Shown here piece by piece: positions 53,387-62,731 of a DNA stretch of 64,000 nucleotides. This DNA is from Acidimicrobiia bacterium. GTDB lineage: Bacteria > Actinomycetota > Acidimicrobiia > IMCC26256 > JAENVU01. The notes under the pieces are model-generated. The model saw only the letters and a list, made by a program, of their open reading frames with translations, was not told the origin of the DNA and made no database searches. Each line of letters starts with the position of its first letter. Within the stretch, counting starts at the first letter, position 1. The position numbers and the translations under genes are program-made. The DNA lies in assembly GCA_038252255.1 (NCBI GenBank), contig JBBSAM010000003.1, positions 58,801-122,800 of the forward strand, written 5' to 3'.

Positions 53387-54240
53387 ACCTGCCCCTCCCC
53401 TATCCCTTCGACCGCGACTACATGCAGCTCGCGCTCGTCGCCGGGCTGGTCGTCGCATTGTGCGCACCGCTGATCGGGACGTTCCTCGTGGAGAAGCAGC
53501 TGTCCCTGCTCGGCGACGGCCTCGGCCACCTCGCGTTCGCGGGAGTCGCGGTCGGCCTGCTGCTCGCCGTCTCGCCGTTGTGGGCGGCGCTCGTCGTCAC
53601 CGTCGTGGGCGCGCTGGCGCTCGAATACCTGCGATCGCGGGGCCAGGGCTCCGGCGACCTCGTCCTGGCGCTGTTCTTCTACGGCGGCATCGCCGCGGGC
53701 GCGGTGCTCGCCAGCCGTGCGACCGCGGTAGGGCAGAGCGTCAACGTCCTGCCCTACCTCTTCGGTTCGATCCTCACGGTCACACCGGGCGACGTCTGGC
53801 TCATCGTGGCGCTCGGTGCCGTCATCGTCACCAGCATCGCGATCGCCGGCCGCGCGCTGTTCGCGGTCGTCGTGGACGAGGAGGCGGCGCGCGTCTCGGG
53901 CCTGCCCGTCGTCATGCTCAACGGTCTGCTGGTCACCCTGGCCGCGGTCACGATCGTCGCCGCGACCCAGGTCGTCGGGACGCTCCTCGTGGCCGCGCTC
54001 ATGGTGCTGCCCGTGGCATCGGGCCGGTTGGTGGCCCGGTCGTTTCGCACGACGATCGTCGCCGCGGTCTGCGTCGGCCTCTTCTCGGTGATCGTCGGCC
54101 TCGCGATCGCCCGCATCTGGGCGCTCGCGCCCGGCGGGGTCATCGTGCTCGTGTCCGCCGCCGTGTTCCTCGTCACCGTCCTCGCGACCGGCATCCGCCG
54201 CTCCAACATGGCCAACCTGCTCGCGGGGCCTGGACACTGA
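53383..54240 (+). CDS. Metal ABC transporter permease (ZnuB-like)
   Basis: ATGA overlap with the ATPase gene. About 8 TM segments, ABC-3 family-like. Confidence 0.85.
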   Translation: MNLPLPYPFDRDYMQLALVAGLVVALCAPLIGTFLVEKQLSLLGDGLGHLAFAGVAVGLLLAVSPLWAALVVTVVGALALEYLRSRGQGSGDLVLALFFYGGIAAGAVLASRATAVGQSVNVLPYLFGSILTVTPGDVWLIVALGAVIVTSIAIAGRALFAVVVDEEAARVSGLPVVMLNGLLVTLAAVTIVAATQVVGTLLVAALMVLPVASGRLVARSFRTTIVAAVCVGLFSVIVGLAIARIWALAPGGVIVLVSAAVFLVTVLATGIRRSNMANLLAGPGH

Positions 54241-54252
54241 CTGCCTGAGAGA

Positions 54253-54313
54253 CCGCCCGAGGGCGCCTGAGCGATCGCGCTCGGGCCATTCGCCTCCGGA
54301 GACCTCCGGAATC
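54253..54313 (-). repeat. Degenerate single copy of the hairpin repeat family
   Basis: CCG-CCCGAGGGCG-25 nt-CGCCTCCGG-AGACCT-ccggaatc. The arms are no longer perfectly complementary and AGATCT is mutated. It lies between convergent stops. Confidence 0.6.
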
Positions 54314-54776
54314 AGGCGCAGTTCTCGCAGAGACCGAACAGGTCGAGTCGGTGCTGCTGGGTCTTGAAGCCGGTGCGCCGGGCGACCTGGCGGGCGACGT
54401 CGCGCAGTGACCGCTCGATCATCGGCGACGCGGGTACGTCCTCCACGGTGCCGCAGCTCGAGCACACGACGTGGTGGTGGTGCTCGGTGAGCTCTTCGAC
54501 GAGCTCGTAGTACGCGAAGTCGCCGCGGGTCACGACCCGGTGGACGACAGCCGCCTGCTCGAGCACCACGAGGTTGCGGTAGACGCTGCTGACCGCGAGA
54601 TCGGGACGGATCGCGGTGATCTCCGGAATCGTCAACGGCCCGGTGCCCCCGCGGGCGAGCACCTCGAGCAGCGCCTCCCGGTTGGGTGTCAGGCGTTGGT
54701 TGGCCTGCCGCAACCGGCTGCGCACCGTGTCCCGCAAGCCGTCGGTGAGCGGCACGGTCTTCCGCTTCGTCGCCAC
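54312..54776 (-). CDS. Fur family transcriptional regulator (likely Zur)
   Basis: A winged-helix N-terminus is followed by HHHHVVCSSCG...CENC metal sites. It is adjacent to the metal ABC genes. Confidence 0.85.
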   Translation of the reverse strand: MATKRKTVPLTDGLRDTVRSRLRQANQRLTPNREALLEVLARGGTGPLTIPEITAIRPDLAVSSVYRNLVVLEQAAVVHRVVTRGDFAYYELVEELTEHHHHVVCSSCGTVEDVPASPMIERSLRDVARQVARRTGFKTQQHRLDLFGLCENCA

Positions 54777-54816
54777 GCTCCCACTCTACCGGCCGGCGCG
54801 AGACCCGGACGGCAGA

Positions 54817-55440
54817 TCAAGAACCATTCTCGACGAGCTCACGGAGGCTCGTCGCGCACGCGCGGGCGTCCGCGCAGGGCCACCCGTACTCGGGGAGGTC
54901 GAAGTACTCGATCGACAGCTTGCCCTCGTACCCGAGGCGATCGAGGCGGGCGAGGACCGCGCGAAAGTCGACGTCACCCTCGCCCGGTGCGACCTGGGCC
55001 TCACCCACTCGCGCATCTCGCAGCTGGACGTGAGCGGCATACGGCAACAGCTCGAGCACGTCGCCGCCCCATGCGGTCACGTGGCCGGTGTCGATCAGGA
55101 ACCGCACCCCGGGTACCTCGTCGACGAGCGCGCGGACGTGGTCGATGGAGCTCACGGTGCCGCCGGCCCACGGTTCACAGAGAGCCTGCGGCGCGGCCCG
55201 CCACCAACGAACGGTGCGCTCCCAGCCCCCGTCGCCTGCCGGGGGTGCCGGAGTCGAGCACCACGTCGGCGCGGGGCGCGGGAAGGCGATCGGGCACCCG
55301 ACCGGGAGGGCGAGCGCGCGTGCATCCACCTCCAGCGCCACATCGATGTGCGCGAATCCGTCGTCGCGCGCGAGCTCGGCGCGGCGGGCAACGGTCGGCT
55401 CGGTCGCGTACGCCAGGTCGGCCACCCCAACGCTGAGCAT
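54817..55440 (-). CDS. Sugar phosphate isomerase/epimerase-like TIM-barrel protein
   Basis: The xylose-isomerase-like TIM pattern is present (FLIDTGHV...GEGDVDF...LSIEYF). The start is taken at MLSVGV. Confidence 0.6.
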   Translation of the reverse strand: MLSVGVADLAYATEPTVARRAELARDDGFAHIDVALEVDARALALPVGCPIAFPRPAPTWCSTPAPPAGDGGWERTVRWWRAAPQALCEPWAGGTVSSIDHVRALVDEVPGVRFLIDTGHVTAWGGDVLELLPYAAHVQLRDARVGEAQVAPGEGDVDFRAVLARLDRLGYEGKLSIEYFDLPEYGWPCADARACATSLRELVENGS

Positions 55441-55510
55441 TCTGCGAGCGTAGGTGGCAGTACGTCCGGTGAGCGGAGTCCGGCGCGACGAGGGCACCTA
55501 GAGTCGCCGC

Positions 55511-56356
55511 ATGGGTGTCGACATCTCCGGCGCGATCGACCTGCACTGTCATTTCGGTCCCGACGCCCACCGGCAACGATCGGTCACCGCGCTCGAGGCG
55601 GCGGCCCAGGCCCACGCAGCCGGTCACGCCGGCGTGCTGCTGAAGTCGCACACGGAGCCCACCGCGCAGCTCGCCCGCATCGTCGCCGACGCGGTCGAGG
55701 GGATCGCCGTCTACGGCGGGATCTGCTGCGACCACGAGATCGGCGGGCTGAACCCGGCCGCGGTCGAGACCGCGCTCATGCTCGGCGGTCGCATCGTCTG
55801 GTTGCCGACGCTCGCCTCTCGCCAGGACGTGGTCAACGGGGTCGCCGCGCAGCTCGGCATCCCCGGCCCCGGGCTCGTCGTGACCGACGACGACGGCGAG
55901 ATCCTTCCCGTGGTGCACGAGATCGCCGCGCTGTGCCGGGAACACGACGCTGTCCTCGCGACCGGACACGTCAGCGCCGGCGAGCACTTCGCGGTGGCTC
56001 GCGCGTTCGGCGCGGGCCAGCGGGTGCTCGTGACCCACGCGCTCGAAGAGATGGTGGGACCACACCTGACCGTGGCCGAGCTCGAGGAGCTTGCCGATCT
56101 CGGTGCCTGGATCGAGCTCTGCGCGCTGACCTGTGTCGGTGCGCTGGCCTCACGACCGGTCGGTGATCTCGCGGCCGCGGCCGGCCAGATCGGCCCCGGC
56201 CGGTGCACGCTGGCGAGTGACTACGGCCAGGCGCAGAACGCACCACCCGTCGAAGGTCTGCAGCAGTTCGCCGACCTGATGGCGGCCGAGGGCCTGAGCA
56301 CCGACGCGATCCGCACGATGGTCGTGGCCAACCCGGCCACGCTCGTCTCGCGCTGA
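55511..56356 (+). CDS. Amidohydrolase-fold metal-dependent hydrolase-like protein (DUF6282-like)
   Basis: The N-terminus has GAIDLHCHFGPD, followed by TIM-barrel-like alternation. The family assignment is from memory. Confidence 0.55.
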   Translation: MGVDISGAIDLHCHFGPDAHRQRSVTALEAAAQAHAAGHAGVLLKSHTEPTAQLARIVADAVEGIAVYGGICCDHEIGGLNPAAVETALMLGGRIVWLPTLASRQDVVNGVAAQLGIPGPGLVVTDDDGEILPVVHEIAALCREHDAVLATGHVSAGEHFAVARAFGAGQRVLVTHALEEMVGPHLTVAELEELADLGAWIELCALTCVGALASRPVGDLAAAAGQIGPGRCTLASDYGQAQNAPPVEGLQQFADLMAAEGLSTDAIRTMVVANPATLVSR

Positions 56357-56357
56357 C

Positions 56358-56807
56358 TCAGCGGCCGCCGGCGCGCGCCGACGCAACGGCGCCGAGCGCC
56401 CGGGTCAGGTCACCGGCCACGGCCGGCGAGACGTTGCGCCCGAGATGCTCGTCGAGGGCCGCGGTGTACACCGCGTGCGCCCGGCGAAAGCGCGTTCTCC
56501 CGCTACGGGTGAGCGCGACCAGGGTCGCACGCCCGTCATCGGGATCCACGCGGCGTTCGACGATCCCGTCGCGCTCCATCCGCTGGATCAGCCGGCTCAA
56601 GCCGGGCTGGCTGTACCGCACCCGCATGAGCTCCTGCAGCTCCCGGAGCCGCATCGGCTTGCCGGACCGATCCAGGTACGCAAGCACGGAGTACGTCCCG
56701 GAGTCGATCCCGCCGTCCCGCTCGAGCGCGCTGACCACGTCGCGGAGCACCGGCTGGTACACCGCGACCAGCGCGCTCCAGAGCCGGGCGGCGTGTCCGT
56801 CGGTCAC
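56358..56807 (-). CDS. MarR family transcriptional regulator
   Basis: wHTH region (MRLRELQELMRVRYSQPGLSRLIQRMERDGIVER). GTGA overlap with the upstream gene. Confidence 0.85.
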   Translation of the reverse strand: MTDGHAARLWSALVAVYQPVLRDVVSALERDGGIDSGTYSVLAYLDRSGKPMRLRELQELMRVRYSQPGLSRLIQRMERDGIVERRVDPDDGRATLVALTRSGRTRFRRAHAVYTAALDEHLGRNVSPAVAGDLTRALGAVASARAGGR

Positions 56808-57055
56808 GGCCGGCGCGGATCGTCGAGGAGCAGCTCGAACTCACCGGGGACCCGCCGCCCGATCGCGTCGTTGATGGTCCGGGCCAGCTCGTCCGGCGCG
56901 AGCACGCACTCCGCGCAGCTCACGTCGTCGAAGCGGAGCTCGAGGTGGACACGGAGCGTCTTCGGGTCTGCTTCGACGAGCACGAGGTCCGCGCCATCGG
57001 CGCGCAACATGCGCGCCAGCTCGTCCACCGCCCCGGCGACTGCTTCGCGTTCCAC
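56804..57055 (-). CDS. NifU C-terminal-domain-like small protein with CxxC
   Basis: LARMLRADGADLVLVEAD...RVHLEL...SCAECVL resembles the NifU/Nfu C-terminal fold. Confidence 0.55.
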   Translation of the reverse strand: MEREAVAGAVDELARMLRADGADLVLVEADPKTLRVHLELRFDDVSCAECVLAPDELARTINDAIGRRVPGEFELLLDDPRRP

Positions 57056-57057
57056 GA

Positions 57058-58113
57058 TCAGCGGGTGCCGCGCGCCGGCGCACTCTGCATCTGGCTCTCA
57101 CCGAAGCTCGGCAGCGCCACGGCATGCAGGCTGCCCAGCCCACCGCACACGACGGGAACGATCTGATCCGCGCGCGCGGTGAGGTACACGCGGTCGCCGG
57201 GGGCCACCCGCCCCTTCGCCCGCAGGATCTCGCGGTTCGGCTCCGGCCAGAGATCGAGCGGTTGCCAGGCGTGCTCATGGAGGAAGGTCTGGAGGTCGTT
57301 GACCTCCGCGAAGACCGCACCGAACCGCTCGGCCCACATCGGGTTCACGGCCAAGACCACCTCACCGTTCTCGGCATTGCCGAGGAACATGTTCGCGAGT
57401 GGGTACGCGAGGCTCTTCGCCAGCAGCTCCAGCAGGTCGCGCGCGTCGTCGTTGTGGATGTCGGCCATCGGGAAGGTCCCCTTGCCCCCGTGGACGGTGA
57501 CCACGTCGACCTCCGGCGCGTACCCGCGCCGTTCGGCGAGCGACGGCCATGGCGAGCGTTCTTCCCACTCGCCGAAGCACAGCCCGAAGCGAGCGGGCTG
57601 ACCGAACACGGTTCGGGACGTCTCCCCCGCTCGTTGCCCACCGATGTTGCGGAGGCACAGCGAGACCGCGCGGCCGACCGTCATCGATCCGCGGCCGGCC
57701 GCGCCACCCATGCAGCCGGCTCGGTAGTCGATGCCCAGCCGGTCCCGCGACGGCCCGTTCACGATCAGCATGGGGAACACGCTCGACGTCGTGGTGGTGA
57801 GGCCGAAGGCGTTCCACTCGGGCGCCAGGAGCGCGTCGAGCGCGGCCAGCACGAGCGGGAACGCCTCCGGCTGCACGCCCGCCATCGCCGCGTTCGTCGC
57901 CACGAGCTCGACGGTCGCCACCCCGGCGCGCGGCGGCAACACCCCCACGACCTGGTCCGGCGGATCCGGGGTGCAGGCGAGCAGCGCCTCGATCGCCACA
58001 TCCGTCGGGGGCAGGAGCGGCGCGCCGTCCCCCCAGTGCTCGGCCAGCGACAGCTCGTAGAACGCGGCCGCGTCGGCGGAGATCTCGAGCCGCGGGCTGG
58101 ACAGGTTGCTCAC
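57058..58113 (-). CDS. Conserved-looking hypothetical protein (351 aa), unknown function
   Basis: GTG start overlapping the upstream stop (GTGA). The composition is protein-like. No recognised domain. Confidence 0.6.
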   Translation of the reverse strand: MSNLSSPRLEISADAAAFYELSLAEHWGDGAPLLPPTDVAIEALLACTPDPPDQVVGVLPPRAGVATVELVATNAAMAGVQPEAFPLVLAALDALLAPEWNAFGLTTTTSSVFPMLIVNGPSRDRLGIDYRAGCMGGAAGRGSMTVGRAVSLCLRNIGGQRAGETSRTVFGQPARFGLCFGEWEERSPWPSLAERRGYAPEVDVVTVHGGKGTFPMADIHNDDARDLLELLAKSLAYPLANMFLGNAENGEVVLAVNPMWAERFGAVFAEVNDLQTFLHEHAWQPLDLWPEPNREILRAKGRVAPGDRVYLTARADQIVPVVCGGLGSLHAVALPSFGESQMQSAPARGTR

Positions 58114-58655
58114 CGCGTGACGCCGAGGAGGTCCAGGGCGCGGGGGTAGGCGTCCGCCGAGATGGCGAGGAGCTCGTCGTGCGGCCGCGCTTCGAGCGGG
58201 TACGGGAGCACGAGGATGCGGAGGTCACCGTGGCCGAGATGGCCGGCCATGTTGTGCCCGTGCGTCGCGAACTCGTCGGTGACGACCGCGACCACCGGCC
58301 GCCTCCGTTCCTCGAGCGCGACCGCGTCGGCGATCGCGAACGATGTGCACGAGCCGCAGGTGCCGAGGCCGACGATCGCGAAGTCGACGGCGTCGGCCAG
58401 GTCGCCGACGTGGCTCCGGTCCGTCGAGCCCGTGCGACCGACCTGGCCGTGCGTCTCGACCGTCTCGACCGCGAGCACGCCGTCGCGCCGCAGGCGCGCT
58501 TCCCAGTCAGCCGCGATGAGACGCCACGAGCGCCAGGCCGCGTCGGTGCGGATCCCCGCCCGGAGGCCGCGGAGCGGGCCGTCGACCCGGAAGGTCGGGG
58601 CCGCGACCTCGGGGGCGGGTGGAGCGGTAGGCCGGCGGATCCAGATCGTGCTCAC
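58110..58655 (-). CDS. UGSC-family-like protein, Cys variant (motif TCGSC)
   Basis: GLGTCGSCTSF corresponds to the (U/C)GSC motif of the UGSC (seleno)protein family as I recall it. GTG start. About 181 aa. Confidence 0.55.
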   Translation of the reverse strand: MSTIWIRRPTAPPAPEVAAPTFRVDGPLRGLRAGIRTDAAWRSWRLIAADWEARLRRDGVLAVETVETHGQVGRTGSTDRSHVGDLADAVDFAIVGLGTCGSCTSFAIADAVALEERRRPVVAVVTDEFATHGHNMAGHLGHGDLRILVLPYPLEARPHDELLAISADAYPRALDLLGVTR

Positions 58656-58674
58656 CCGCCCAGCCTAGAGATCC

Positions 58675-58686
58675 ATGCGCACGCAT
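58675..58686. promoter_or_regulatory. Palindrome ATGCG-CA-CGCAT upstream of the MarR-linked operon, candidate MarR operator
   Basis: 5-bp perfect inverted arms lie 20 bp upstream of the GTG at 58655, in a 56-bp intergenic region. Confidence 0.3.
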
Positions 58687-58711
58687 ACAACTGGTCCGGA
58701 CGTCCGACCGC

Positions 58712-59689
58712 CTACTGCGTCACCCCCGAGGGGGCGCCGTCGCCGCCGGCGCCGGGCGGGGGCCCGCCGAAGCCGACGAGCGCGCCTTCGCGGATGGAGG
58801 TGGCGGTGATGGTGCCGTTGGAGTCCTGGCCGCGCACCATGATCGTGTCCCCGACCTTGAGGTCGGAGAGCGATCCGGGCTTGGAGACGGTCACCTCGGT
58901 CGACGACGTCGTGGTGACGGTCACCGCGTTGCCGTCGAGCCCGGTGACCGTGAACGTTCCGTCACCCGCGGACTGCACGACCCCACGGGTGAACGTCGTG
59001 CCACTCGCGCCGCCCGGGGCCTGGCCACCGGCGCCGGGACCGCCGAACCGCCGGCCGCCGTAGCCCTGGCCGCTGCCGCCGCCCGGGGGCCCGCCGTTGC
59101 CGCCCGGTCCGGCGAATCCGCCCGGACCGTTCGCGTCGCTCGACACCACACCGTCATCGGTGACCCGCGTCGCCGCGATGTTGGGAGACGATCCCGTGCC
59201 GACGACCGTCACGGTGTCGCCGACCTTGATGTCGCCGGTCGTCCCGCTGGCGGACGTGGTCACCGCCGTCGCGGACGTGGTGACCACCTTGGTGGTCGCT
59301 CCGCTCCGGTCCTTGATGGTCAGCTTGGAACCCTCGATGCTCGCAATCGTGCCGAAGCCGCCGGGTCCGCGCCGGAAGCCGGGTTGGCCACCCTGCGCCT
59401 GTGACTGGCCCGCACCACCCGGCTGGTTCGCGGCCGGCGCCTGGCTCGAGACCGCGGCGTTCGAGGAGTCCGACGAGGTTGCGGCACTGATTCCGAACAC
59501 CGCGGCCGCACCGACCACCGCGGCACCCGCGCCGACGGCGACCCACGTCCGCCACGAGGGTTTCCACGGCTCCTTCTCCGTCGCCCGGGTCACGGGCAGC
59601 CCGGTCTCGGGCAGCCCGGTCTCGGGCAGCCCGAACGTGGGGGTCTCGGGCTCGGGTGGCGAGCTCGGTGTGGTCGTGTCGTCATCCAT
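58712..59689 (-). CDS. Membrane-anchored Gly-rich protein with two DUF5666-like beta domains
   Basis: An N-terminal TM helix is followed by two repeats of the pattern G(T/S)...V(T/K)...T...IKVGDTV/LKVGDTI, separated by GGPGG-rich linkers. Confidence 0.65.
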   Translation of the reverse strand: MDDDTTTPSSPPEPETPTFGLPETGLPETGLPVTRATEKEPWKPSWRTWVAVGAGAAVVGAAAVFGISAATSSDSSNAAVSSQAPAANQPGGAGQSQAQGGQPGFRRGPGGFGTIASIEGSKLTIKDRSGATTKVVTTSATAVTTSASGTTGDIKVGDTVTVVGTGSSPNIAATRVTDDGVVSSDANGPGGFAGPGGNGGPPGGGSGQGYGGRRFGGPGAGGQAPGGASGTTFTRGVVQSAGDGTFTVTGLDGNAVTVTTTSSTEVTVSKPGSLSDLKVGDTIMVRGQDSNGTITATSIREGALVGFGGPPPGAGGDGAPSGVTQ

Positions 59690-59731
59690 CGGTCTTCTCC
59701 TTCGAGAGCGTCGAGGTGTTGCTGAGACTGG

Positions 59732-61495
59732 TCACTGGCCCGGCGCGCCGCGGAAGAACGGGCCGGGCGGCCCGCCGGCGGGAAACCCGCCCGGGCCGGT
59801 CGTGCCCGAGCCCGAGCTGGAGGATGCGGTCGCGGAACCGGGCAGTGGCTGCGAGAGATCGGCGAGGACCACCTGCTGGCCTGCGGTGACCCCGGACTCG
59901 ATCGCCGTCCACGTGGCGCCGATCACCCCGACCTGCACCAACACCCGCCGGGCGGTGCTCCCGTCGAGGACGGTGACCGTGTGGCGGCTGCCGATCGCCG
60001 TGACGGCCGACGTCGGTACCGCGAGGGCGGCGCGCGAGCTCGCGGTGACGATGGCGACGGAGCCGGTCGAGCCATTGTCGAGGTTCGTGCCCTTGCCGGT
60101 CAGACCGATCACGACCCGGTAGCTCGTCGCGGTCGCGTTGTTGTCCGGGGCGATCGAGATCGCGGTGACCGTGCCGGCGAGTGGCTGCTTCCTGCCGTCC
60201 GGCAGGAACGTGGCGGGCTGGCCGACCTTGATCTTGGTGATGTCGTCGACGCTGACCGTCGTGGTGATCTCGTAGCCACCCGTGCCGACCACCACGATGT
60301 TCGCGGTCGAGGACGCGCTCGTAACGGAGTCACCCACGGCCAGGTTGACGGCCTCGACGGTGCCGGCGATCGGGCTGACGATCGTCGCCTGCGCGATCGC
60401 CTGCTGGGCCGCGACGACCTCGGCGGCGGCCGCGTCCACCGCCTTCTGGTCGGCCGCGAGGTCGGCCGACGACGGTGCCGCCGCCGTGGCCGGGCTCGAT
60501 CCGGGCGCGCCGACCGGCGAGCTCCCGCCGGCGCTCGCGCCGGTCCCCGAACCCGCGTTGCCTCCGGACACCGCTGCCGCGGCCTGCTGCGCGAGGAGCG
60601 CGTCGAGAGCCGTCGAAGCCTGCGCGAGCTGCTGCTGCGCGGTGCTGACGGCCGTCTGCGCGCGTAGGACCGATCGCGTCGCGGTCTGGCACGCGGTCAA
60701 CGCACCGCTCGTCGGTGCCGCCGGGCCGGTCGTGCCGACGCCGGCCGCCGCACACACCGTGGCGGCGGAGTCGAGCGCCTCCGTTGCGGTGTTGATCGCC
60801 GCGTCGACGCGCTGCTGCGCGGCGAGCACGGCCTGCTGGGCGTCCGGGAGCGAGGCGCCGGCACCCGGAGCACCGGAGCCGTTCGTGCCCGAGGGCCCGC
60901 TCGCACCGGCCGGGATGGACAGCGCGGTGAGCTTGACACCCCCACCGCTGCCGGACGCGCTCGAACCGCTGCCGGTTCCGGCACCCGACACGCCACCGGA
61001 ACCGGAGACCGATTCGCCGTTCAGCGCCCGGGACAGGACGAGCTCGGCCTGCGCGAGGGATGCCTCCCTGTCGTGCAGCGTCTGGGTCAATGCCGCCGGA
61101 TCGAGCGACGCGAGCGGCTGCCCGACCGTCACGGGGTCACCGACCTTGACGTTCACCGAGGCCACGGTCCCCGACGACGGGAACGAGACCGAAGACTGGG
61201 AGATCGGCTCGACGCTCGCGACACCGTTCAGGAGCGCGTCGACATCGTGCTGGTCGACGACGGCCGTGCGGTAACCGGCATCCGTGGCCCCGAAGGCCTG
61301 CGACGCGAGCACGAGGCTCCCGACGGCGACCACCGCGATCATGCCCACGACCAGACGGCGCTTCCGCTGAAACCACCGCGGCCGCGGGGCCGACGGGTCC
61401 GGGAACAAGGTCGCGAGCCGCTCCCGCGCCGACGCGGAGCGCAGCGGCAGACCCGCGGCGCGAGCGTTCGGGGACGATTGCGCTTCGAGGGCCAT
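59732..61495 (-). CDS. Efflux transporter periplasmic adaptor (HlyD/MacA-like membrane fusion protein) with an Ala/Gly/Ser-rich insertion
   Basis: N-terminal TM, a lipoyl-like hairpin (VKVGDPVTVGQPLASLD), coiled-coil segments and a C-terminal beta-barrel. Confidence 0.8.
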   Translation of the reverse strand: MALEAQSSPNARAAGLPLRSASARERLATLFPDPSAPRPRWFQRKRRLVVGMIAVVAVGSLVLASQAFGATDAGYRTAVVDQHDVDALLNGVASVEPISQSSVSFPSSGTVASVNVKVGDPVTVGQPLASLDPAALTQTLHDREASLAQAELVLSRALNGESVSGSGGVSGAGTGSGSSASGSGGGVKLTALSIPAGASGPSGTNGSGAPGAGASLPDAQQAVLAAQQRVDAAINTATEALDSAATVCAAAGVGTTGPAAPTSGALTACQTATRSVLRAQTAVSTAQQQLAQASTALDALLAQQAAAAVSGGNAGSGTGASAGGSSPVGAPGSSPATAAAPSSADLAADQKAVDAAAAEVVAAQQAIAQATIVSPIAGTVEAVNLAVGDSVTSASSTANIVVVGTGGYEITTTVSVDDITKIKVGQPATFLPDGRKQPLAGTVTAISIAPDNNATATSYRVVIGLTGKGTNLDNGSTGSVAIVTASSRAALAVPTSAVTAIGSRHTVTVLDGSTARRVLVQVGVIGATWTAIESGVTAGQQVVLADLSQPLPGSATASSSSGSGTTGPGGFPAGGPPGPFFRGAPGQ

Positions 61496-61498
61496 GGT

Positions 61499-62731
61499 TC
61501 ACTCGCTCCTGAGCGCGTCGATCGGGGCGAGCCGAGCCGCGCGGGATGCGGGGTACACGCCAAACACCACACCGATGCCCATCGCCATGACGATGGCGCC
61601 GAGGCCGGCGGGGACGGAGAGGATCACCCTCGAGTCCGTGAAGAGCGGCAGCACCGCCGCGCCGATCAGACCCAGGGCGACACCGAGCACCCCGCCGGCG
61701 AGCCCGAGCACCGACGCCTCGACCAGGAACTGGCGGCGGATGAGCCGGGGCCGCGCGCCGAGCGACTTCCGCAAGCCGATCTCGCGCACGCGCTCGGTCA
61801 CGGACACCAACATGATGTTCATCACGCCGATCCCACCGACGAGCAGCGAGATGATCGCGATCCCGCCGAGCATGACGGTCAGGGTGTCGTCGACCGAGTT
61901 GGCCGCGCTGAGGATCGACTGCTGCGTCGCGATCGAGAAGTCGGCGTCCGTGCGCGCCGTGATGTGGTGCGTGTTGAGCAGGAGGGCGTCGGCCTCCTGG
62001 TACGCGGCGGACAGCGTGGCGGCTGACGCCGCCTTCACCGAGATGGAGCTCACCGAGTTCCGGCTCGTGCCGCCGACCAGCCGTTGCGAGTAGGTGCTGA
62101 GGGGCACGATCGCGAGATCGTTGTTCGACGTGGCCTCGGAGGAGCTCAGCTCTCGGAGCACCCCGATGACCTCGAGCTTGACGCCGTTGTAGCTGACGCT
62201 CCGGCCGACGGGATCGCCCGCGGTGAACAGCTCGCTCGCGGTATCGGGTCCGAGGACGACGACGGCCTTCGCCTGGCTCTCGTCGGCCGCGGTGAGGAAC
62301 CGGCCCGAGGACACCCCGCGCGACCGCACCGCCTTCCAGCTGGGCGTGGTGCCCGTGAGCGTCGTCGTCCAGTTCGTCGAGCCGTTGACCAGCGAGACCG
62401 TCGACGTCGACGTCGCGGCGACCGCCTGGATGTCGGGCGCGGCCGCCTTGGACGTGAGCGCGGCCGCGTCCTGCACGGTCAGCGTGGACGCGGAGCCGAA
62501 CCCGCCCCGCGTGCCGGAGCTCGAGGTGGTGCTGCCCGGCGAGATCACGAGCAGGTTCGTACCGAGCTCGTTGATCTGGTCCTGCACCTGCGCCCGCGCG
62601 CCTTCACCGAGACCGACGGTCAGCACGACCGCGGTGATGCCGATGAGGATCCCGAGCATGGTCAGCGCCGAGCGCAGCCGGTGCGTGCGGACGGCTTCGG
62701 TTGCGGTGCGGAACGTGTCGCGCCAGCTCAT
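61499..62731 (-). CDS. ABC transporter permease (MacB/FtsX family)
   Basis: [17 protein letters not shown], a large periplasmic loop, and a C-terminal FtsX domain ([11 protein letters not shown]). ATGA overlap with the ATPase gene. Confidence 0.9.
   Translation of the reverse strand: MSWRDTFRTATEAVRTHRLRSALTMLGILIGITAVVLTVGLGEGARAQVQDQINELGTNLLVISPGSTTSSSGTRGGFGSASTLTVQDAAALTSKAAAPDIQAVAATSTSTVSLVNGSTNWTTTLTGTTPSWKAVRSRGVSSGRFLTAADESQAKAVVVLGPDTASELFTAGDPVGRSVSYNGVKLEVIGVLRELSSSEATSNNDLAIVPLSTYSQRLVGGTSRNSVSSISVKAASAATLSAAYQEADALLLNTHHITARTDADFSIATQQSILSAANSVDDTLTVMLGGIAIISLLVGGIGVMNIMLVSVTERVREIGLRKSLGARPRLIRRQFLVEASVLGLAGGVLGVALGLIGAAVLPLFTDSRVILSVPAGLGAIVMAMGIGVVFGVYPASRAARLAPIDALRSE

Noticed and set aside
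58110-58655. Possible selenocysteine (in-frame TGA) in the UGSC-family-like gene
   Set aside because: The motif is encoded as Cys (TCGSC) with no in-frame TGA, and no SECIS-like requirement arises. This is the Cys form.
59590-59640. LPETG LPETG (sortase LPxTG-like) motifs in the DUF5666-like protein, encoded by a 15-bp tandem repeat
   Set aside because: The motifs lie at the extreme N-terminus, before the TM helix. A sortase signal sits at the C-terminus and is followed by a hydrophobic segment and a basic tail, so this is not a canonical sorting signal. No sortase gene is nearby.
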